Source: an uncultured Gemmatimonadales bacterium (GTDB lineage Bacteria > Gemmatimonadota > Gemmatimonadetes > Gemmatimonadales > Gemmatimonadaceae). Taken from it: 64,000 nt of DNA. The notes below the pieces were generated by a model. It ran no database searches. It was not told the origin of the DNA and worked only from the letters and a program-made list of their open reading frames with translations. The stretch lies in the NCBI GenBank assembly GCA_963707505.1, contig CAVPQB010000006.1, positions 448,001-512,000 on the forward strand, read 5' to 3'. The first letter of the stretch is position 1, and each line of letters starts with the position of its first letter. Of this stretch, positions 57,846 through 64,000 are shown piece by piece. Made by a program: the position numbers and the translations under genes.

Positions 57846-58718
57846 AGCGCCGCCCTCGCCCTCTCTGAGAATCGATGGCCGCCTCCGCGATCGTCTCGAT
57901 GCGGCGCTCCTCGCTCTGGGACGACTGGACAGCGTGTCCACTTTGCTACCGGACACGCGCCTCTTTCTGTACATGTATGTGCGAAAGGAGGCGGTCCTGT
58001 CGTCGCAGATCGAGGGTACTCAGTCTTCACTTTCCGACCTGCTGCTCTACGAGGCGGATGCGTCCCCCGGCGTGCCCCTCGACGACGTCGTCGAGGTTTC
58101 GAGCTACGTGGCGGCCATGGAGCATGGCCTGGCGCGGATTCGTGATGGCTTCCCACTCTCCAACCGCCTGATCCGCGAGATCCACGGTATCCTGCTCCGG
58201 GAGGGCCGGGGTGCCGACAAGAGCTCCGGGGAGTTCCGACGCTCCCAGAACTGGCTCGGCGGAACTCGGCCGGGCAATGCACGCTTCGTCCCGCCACCGC
58301 CGGAGGAAGTGCCCGCGTGCATGGGAGCGCTGGAGCGCTGGCTGCGCGACGAGCCCGAGCGCACACCAACGCTGCTGAAGGCGGCGCTGTCGCACGTTCA
58401 GTTCGAGACCATCCACCCGTTCCTGGACGGTAATGGCCGCGTAGGTCGGCTACTCGTCACTCTTCTCTTCTGCGTCGAGGGTGTGCTCCAGGAGCCGCTA
58501 CTGTACCTGAGTCTGTATCTCAAACAACACCGGGACGAATACTACGATCGTCGCAGCTCGTCGAGCGCACGATGCTCTCGATGCCGGCGGTGAACAACGG
58601 GCTCACCGCGCTCGCGGCGAGCGGAATCATTCACGAGCTGACCGGTCGGCGTCGAAACCGGCTGTACAGCTATGCATCCTACCTGCAGATCCTGGGCGAG
58701 GGAACGCAGCCGATCTGA
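57844..58718 (+). pseudogene. Fic-family protein, 5'-truncated and internally deleted
   Basis: No start before the family-like PPSPSL..LALGRLD; SSQIEG; HPFLDGNGR; after YYD the frame jumps to the C-terminal HTH (..GIIHELTGRRRNRLYSY..) ending at 58718. Confidence 0.82.
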
Positions 58719-58939
58719 CGCCTGGTAGCTGGTGGCGACCCGAAGGCCATCGATAGCCGATCTCGGCGATCCATCGCTGATGGTCTAAGACTGAGGATTC
58801 GTGGGGGTGATATATGCGACCCCCAGAGGGAATCCAACGATCCTGCTTCACCGACATCACGCAAGTCATCGACCGGGAACGCTAGTTGCCGGTGGCCGGG
58901 TGGGTGCGTGAGTAACGGTCACGTCATGGGGGAGGAGCT

Positions 58940-59665
58940 ATGCTGATGCAGACGACGGGTGGGCTCGCGATCGACTGGACTCAGATGCCGACGTACAACA
59001 CCATCATGGCTGTTGCGGCGGGGAGCGGACTGATATCACTCGTGTACTTCGCCCGCGATCTCAAACGTGAGACCGATGTGCATCTGGAATCGTGGGCGCT
59101 CGCGCTCGCGGTACCGGGATCCATTCTCACGATCACGGGCGTCCACATGACGTTGACGTGGCCATTCGCGAAATACTTTCCGTACGACAACGTCATCTTC
59201 GGGGAGACGAGTTTTGCGTTTGGCGTGCTGCTGCTTGCCGCCACTTTCTTCCTGTGGCGTCGTGGGCCAGGTGTGATTGCGAGCGGTGATCCGGCCCGGT
59301 ATCTGGCGCGGGTCGCGAGACCTCTATCACTGTTCATTTTCGGAATGGGGCTGGCGCTGTGTGCGATCGCCATGGCTGGTCTGGTATTCAAACTGTTCGC
59401 CGCGCCTCCCGAGGAACCGATTTCTGGCATGTTTGCCGGCTATCCGTGGATCGAGGCGATATTCATGTCGGGCCTGTTCGGCCTCGTCGGAATCGGCGCG
59501 CTGCTATTTCCATTTGCGCTGCGTGGGTTCGCGCATGGTTCGGCTGATACCGTCGCACAGCGAATCATCGGGTGGTTCTGGCTGATTGGTGGTGCGGCAT
59601 TCTTTCTGTTTGGCGCTCTCAACTTCTTCACGCACATCGGGTTGATCGTTCACACGATGGGGTGA
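58940..59665 (+). CDS. Multi-pass membrane protein (DUF981-like)
   Basis: GGAGGAG RBS; YNTIM, TLTWP..YDNVIFGE, APPEEPISG; about 6 TM segments. Confidence 0.75.
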   Translation: MLMQTTGGLAIDWTQMPTYNTIMAVAAGSGLISLVYFARDLKRETDVHLESWALALAVPGSILTITGVHMTLTWPFAKYFPYDNVIFGETSFAFGVLLLAATFFLWRRGPGVIASGDPARYLARVARPLSLFIFGMGLALCAIAMAGLVFKLFAAPPEEPISGMFAGYPWIEAIFMSGLFGLVGIGALLFPFALRGFAHGSADTVAQRIIGWFWLIGGAAFFLFGALNFFTHIGLIVHTMG

Positions 59666-59765
59666 AGAGTGACGCTACGAGATCGTTCTCTCGAATACCA
59701 GCGAGTAATACGAACTGCGAGCGTTAAATGGGTGATTGATCGGAGACGTGTTGCTGATCGTCACC

Positions 59766-60680
59766 TTACTGTCTTCCGGTCAGCTCGAAGCTGAAAGGTT
59801 CCTGGACAAACTGCTGCACGCTGCATCCTCCAATGCGCGCGGGTTCGAACTCAGCGTTCGGCAACCAGCGCATGACGGAATTCAGGAAGTCATTGTAGGC
59901 GGCGAGCAATTGTCCGGTCGGCCGCTTTTGCCTTGATGCCCAAACTTCCCTGATCGATCCGGGGATCACGTGACCGGTCGTGTCGATCTGGAACGCTGCT
60001 ATCACGACGGCAGTGATTCCGGCACGCCGTTCTGTGGGTGGGTAATCGGGTCCGGAGCCAGCCTTCATCCTTGCTGGTACTTCCGGTGGAAAGAGGACGG
60101 AGAATATGGGAGATGCAAAGCGGCCGGAATGTGACAGTTGAATCTTGCCGGGATCTGTCAACTCGACGCTGAGACCGAATGTCAAGGAGTCGCCGGACGT
60201 GCCCTCAGGCCAGAATGGTCCTTCGTCTTCGTCCAGGGTCTTGTGTACAGCAGTGAGCAATATTGCTGCTGCAGCGGAGTCGGTATGCGGTGATATTAGC
60301 TGGAAGACGGGAGCGGCGTTGCGATAGATAGTGACGGCGAGGGCAATGTGGGACTCGATCCTGTGCCAGGTGATGAGGGGCTCACCGGGCGGAAGCGTGT
60401 CGCCTTTGGCGTTGAGAAGACCGCGCACGTGCAGCGATACCGACTGCGCAAACAGGTCCGCCATTTGTCCAACGCCGGAATCGACTGGCTCCTTGATGGT
60501 GGCTCTCAAGTAAACAATGCTCGGAATCGACGGTACTATGGAGACCGTGTCCAGACACGATGTCGCGTGCGTGATTGGACTCTTGTCGGGAGACTGCGCG
60601 AAAAGTTCGGGCGTCGACAGAGCGATGCACGCGGTGACTGCAAGCCAGACGATGTCATTCGGACTTCGTGTGTGTTGCAT
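59766..60680 (-). CDS. Secreted protein with a TonB C-terminal domain
   Basis: PDYP..ERRAGI.A.V..AFQIDTTG, FEPARIGG..V.Q.V.EPF.F. Confidence 0.78.
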   Translation of the reverse strand: MQHTRSPNDIVWLAVTACIALSTPELFAQSPDKSPITHATSCLDTVSIVPSIPSIVYLRATIKEPVDSGVGQMADLFAQSVSLHVRGLLNAKGDTLPPGEPLITWHRIESHIALAVTIYRNAAPVFQLISPHTDSAAAAILLTAVHKTLDEDEGPFWPEGTSGDSLTFGLSVELTDPGKIQLSHSGRFASPIFSVLFPPEVPARMKAGSGPDYPPTERRAGITAVVIAAFQIDTTGHVIPGSIREVWASRQKRPTGQLLAAYNDFLNSVMRWLPNAEFEPARIGGCSVQQFVQEPFSFELTGRQ

Positions 60681-60936
60681 GATGAGTGAAAGTGTCGGAC
60701 CAAATAAGCGAACGTGATTCCGAAGCTACCAACACCAGCAATATCCAGTGGAAAATCCCCGCTCGCCAATGTAGCACTTTCAGTTGATACAAGCTTGAGG
60801 TTCCTGGATCGCGCATCGGCCTCAGGCTCCGGGGCCAGCCTCCATCCAGATGCGCCGTCACTCTGTCACTTCTTCGCTCTGGCGCGACGCGTCAGTTACG
60901 CGCAGCTTTTATCCCTCTCCTCAACCCCACGTCTCC

Positions 60937-61843
60937 ATGACGACACGCCGGCAGGTAGCGCTCGGACTGGTCTCAGTTTGCTGCTGTCTCATCGCTGGCA
61001 AAGTTGGTAGTCAGGCACCATCATCCGGTTCGTCCACGGGTGACACTGCTGCGAGTCACGTACGCGCCGCGGAGCGGTTCCTCGTCGCGACCGACGCAGA
61101 GAAGATGATGAATGAAGAGACAGATCAGGTGCTTCAGGTTCAGCTCAGGCGCAGTCCCTCAATGGCGCAACTGCTCGCGCCGCAGCAGGCGATCATACGC
61201 AAGTACATGAACTACGCTGCCGTCAAGCCTGACCTGATCAAGGCTTATACTGCGACTTACAGCGAGAGTGAGCTGAATCAGCTCATCGCATTCTATCAGA
61301 CGGATCTTGGCAGGATGATGCTGGAACGCACACCGAAGGTCGTTGAGCTGACTCGCGCTGCGACGGAAGCGCGGATGAAGGCTGCGGAACCGGAGTTGAG
61401 GGAGGCGATTCGTCGTTCGATCACTTCGCAATTTTCCAATCCGGCAAGTGACAGCCTGCAGAGATCCAACAACACTTACTTCGAGTTTCAGGTGGAGAAG
61501 CCAGCGGTTCCGCTCGATACATCCACTACGCTCGCGTATCCGGCGTCACTCAAGGGCAGCGATATAGGAGGTCAGGTTTCGGTGCAGTTCATCGTCGACA
61601 CAACCGGAGCGATCGAGACGGGGACCACGAAGGTTGCTGCGAGCGACGTACGATTTCATGGTTCCGATAGCTCGTCGGCACCTGGCGGAGCTGCGTTTCA
61701 GTCCGGCGGAAAGGAACGGTCAGAAGGTAAGGCAGCTGGTGCAGATGACGTTCAGATTCGAGCCGGCACGGTCAAGTGCCAAGGGTAGTTCCAGCCCGGG
61801 CTCCATCGCAGCCACATTGCCTTTCAGTGCGTACACTATCTAG
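60937..61843 (+). CDS. DUF2059-like + TonB C-terminal domain protein, frameshift near 61630
   Basis: YSESELNQLIAFYQTDLG; YFEFQVEKP..YP..VQFIVDTTG continues in another frame as RFSPAERNGQKVRQLVQMTFRF. Confidence 0.75.
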
Positions 61844-61908
61844 CGAGTATTTTCGCAGCTAGAATTTCCAGTCTCAGTCCAGTTTCCTTTTCAGAAGGCC
61901 CATTTCGA

Positions 61909-64000
61909 ATGTCGATCTCTCGCTTGATCACCATCGTCGCCATTGGTCTGGCGGCGCTCACTTCTATTGCCGGCTCCGTCGCTAGCGCTCAGTCCACCGA
62001 TGCCCTCTACGCCGAGATGCACTGGCGGGAGATCGGGCCGACGCGCGCGGGGCGCGCCCGGGCGCTCTCGGGGGTGGCCAATCAGCCGAATGTCTTCTAT
62101 GTCGGATACGACAATGGCGGCGTCTGGCGGTCCACTGACTACGGCTCGAACTGGGTCCCTCTGTTCGATAACGAACCAACGGGATCGATCGGCGCGATAG
62201 CTGTCGCGCCTTCGGATCCGAACATCATATACGTGGGAACAGGCGCGGGAATCATCCGGCCTGATCTCTCGGTCGGCGACGGTGTGTACAAATCGACCGA
62301 TGCGGGAAAGACATGGACGCATCTAGGTCTCCGTGATACGCAGATGATCGCGAACATCGAAGTCGATCCTACCAATCCGAATCGGCTCTTCGTCGCCGCG
62401 CTTGGCCATCCGTACGGACCGAATGCAGAGCGCGGAATTTTTCGCTCGACGGACGGCGGCAGGACTTTCGAAAAGGTGCTGTACAAGGACGAGTACGTGA
62501 GCGGCAACGACGTTCGCATCGATCCAAAGAATCCGAACATCGTTTACGCCGCACTCTGGCAACAGCAGCAGAGCTATATAGAAGGCGCTGAGTTCGGCGG
62601 CACCGAAGGCGGCATCTTCAAGTCGACAGACGGCGGCACTACATGGAAGCAGTTGACGAACGGACTTCCAGCAGGGGTGATCGAGGCGAACCTCAGCATG
62701 TCGATGAGTGCGCCGAGTACCATCTATGCGATGGTGGCAGGCACGTCCGGGTCGGCGACGCCGGCTCGCGGCGGAACTACGGGATCGATCGGTTTCTATA
62801 AGTCGACCGATGCCGGTGAGCACTGGACACTCGCAGCGCGAGATGCCAACAATCCAGCGGCATCCCCAAGTGCAGTGCTGGATCCGCGTCCGCTCGCGCG
62901 TATCGGCGGCGGTGACCTCCCGACAATCGCTGTAGATCCAAAAAATCCGAACGTCGTCTACAGTGCATCGACGGTGTTCTGGCGCACTGAAGATGGTGGT
63001 GTCACATGGAGCGCGGTGCGCGGTGCACCGGGCGGTGATGATTATCAGAAGGCATGGGTAAACCCGAACGATACGAACATTCTGCTCGTAGTCGCGGATC
63101 AGGGCGCTATCGTTTCAGGCAATCGCGGCGTGTCGTGGAGCAACTGGTACAATCAGCCGACGGCCGCGATGTATCACGTGTCCACTGACGACGCATTCCC
63201 ATATCGCGTTTGCGGCGGACAACAGGATTCCGGCTCCGCCTGCGTGGACAGCAGATCGATGGACGGTGAGATCACGTTCCACGACTGGCATCCGGTGAAC
63301 ATTCAGGAGTACGGTGTCGCGGCGAGCGATCCGAAGGATCCGGAGCTGGTATTCGGAAGCCAGCGCACGAACATCTCGCTGTATAACCGCACGACTGGTC
63401 AAACTACACTTGTCGGTCCGGATGCAGAGGCCCGTGGAACCGAATTCGGTCGCAACGTTCGCACGATGCCGATCATGTGGTCGCCCGTAAATCACAACAC
63501 CCTCTTCTACGCGTCGAACGTCGTGTGGAAGTCGACCGATCAGGCGCACAGCTGGACGCGGATCAGCCCAGATCTGGCGCGCCAGACGTGGGCGGTGCCG
63601 GCCACTGTCGGCAAGTACTCGAGCAGCGTGAAGCCGGCGCCGCAGGGAAGCATCACTGCACTATCCGCGTCGCCGCGCGATCTGAACGTCATATGGGCGG
63701 GCACCGACGATGGCAACATTCAGGTGACGACGAACGGCGGCGCCAAGTGGACCAACGTCACGCCAGCCGCAATCAAGCCGTGGACGCGCATCTTCAACAT
63801 CGACGCGGGCCACTTCGATACGCAGACAGCGTATGCAGCGGCGAACACGATGCGCATCGACGATCTCAACCCCCACCTCTGGCGCACGCATGACGGTGGC
63901 AAGACGTGGACCGAGATCGACAACGGAATCGCCCCCGGCGCCGCTACGAATTCCATTCGTGAAGATCCGCACAAGAAGGGGTTGCTGTATGCATCGACGG
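61909..64000 (+). CDS. Secreted BNR/Asp-box beta-propeller (VPS10/GH74-like), runs off the window
   Basis: Manual translation from ATG 61909: signal peptide, WREIGP..AGR, repeated S/TxDxGxxW Asp boxes. Confidence 0.9.
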   Translation, partial: MSISRLITIVAIGLAALTSIAGSVASAQSTDALYAEMHWREIGPTRAGRARALSGVANQPNVFYVGYDNGGVWRSTDYGSNWVPLFDNEPTGSIGAIAVAPSDPNIIYVGTGAGIIRPDLSVGDGVYKSTDAGKTWTHLGLRDTQMIANIEVDPTNPNRLFVAALGHPYGPNAERGIFRSTDGGRTFEKVLYKDEYVSGNDVRIDPKNPNIVYAALWQQQQSYIEGAEFGGTEGGIFKSTDGGTTWKQLTNGLPAGVIEANLSMSMSAPSTIYAMVAGTSGSATPARGGTTGSIGFYKSTDAGEHWTLAARDANNPAASPSAVLDPRPLARIGGGDLPTIAVDPKNPNVVYSASTVFWRTEDGGVTWSAVRGAPGGDDYQKAWVNPNDTNILLVVADQGAIVSGNRGVSWSNWYNQPTAAMYHVSTDDAFPYRVCGGQQDSGSACVDSRSMDGEITFHDWHPVNIQEYGVAASDPKDPELVFGSQRTNISLYNRTTGQTTLVGPDAEARGTEFGRNVRTMPIMWSPVNHNTLFYASNVVWKSTDQAHSWTRISPDLARQTWAVPATVGKYSSSVKPAPQGSITALSASPRDLNVIWAGTDDGNIQVTTNGGAKWTNVTPAAIKPWTRIFNIDAGHFDTQTAYAAANTMRIDDLNPHLWRTHDGGKTWTEIDNGIAPGAATNSIREDPHKKGLLYAST

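Noticed and set aside
1..64000. tRNA, rRNA, IS transposase, integrase or known anti-phage defence operon
   Set aside because: None recognised by eye; a covariance-model and HMM scan is needed to exclude them formally.

Overview
A GC-rich bacterial chromosomal segment. The gene content (several Ser/Thr kinase-TPR proteins, ECF sigma factors, many secreted peptidases, TonB-C proteins) suggests a Gemmatimonadota-like soil organism; this is inference only. I annotated about 55 CDSs by motif recognition alone, with no database searches, and found no rRNA, tRNA, CRISPR array, transposase or integrase. Many genes carry indels, densest at 32.5-38.7 kb, which most likely reflect long-read assembly errors. 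Several toxin-like genes (RES, Phd-VapC, Fic) are disrupted by stops, frameshifts or large deletions. The best candidate for an undescribed system is a DNA-repair island at 39.2-45.9 kb. Its core operon encodes a Rad52/Sak-like annealing protein, a divergent ECF-like sigma factor and a translationally coupled LexA/UmuD-type S24 self-cleaving protein with no recognisable HTH. An SOS-box-like direct repeat lies in its promoter, so it may be a RecA*-triggered sigma/anti-sigma switch. It is flanked by YhaM, a ligase-less split LigD with a histone-H1-like tail, a Cheo-type box and a candidate structured RNA. Other highlights: a phosphorelay ending in a DHp-REC-Ser/Thr kinase, followed by UdgX, a hidden RES gene, a GNAT and a macrodomain gene; two related secreted low-complexity proteins sharing an upstream palindrome at almost the same spacing; and an orphan Tyr-ligated MauG-like enzyme coupled to a secreted cupin.
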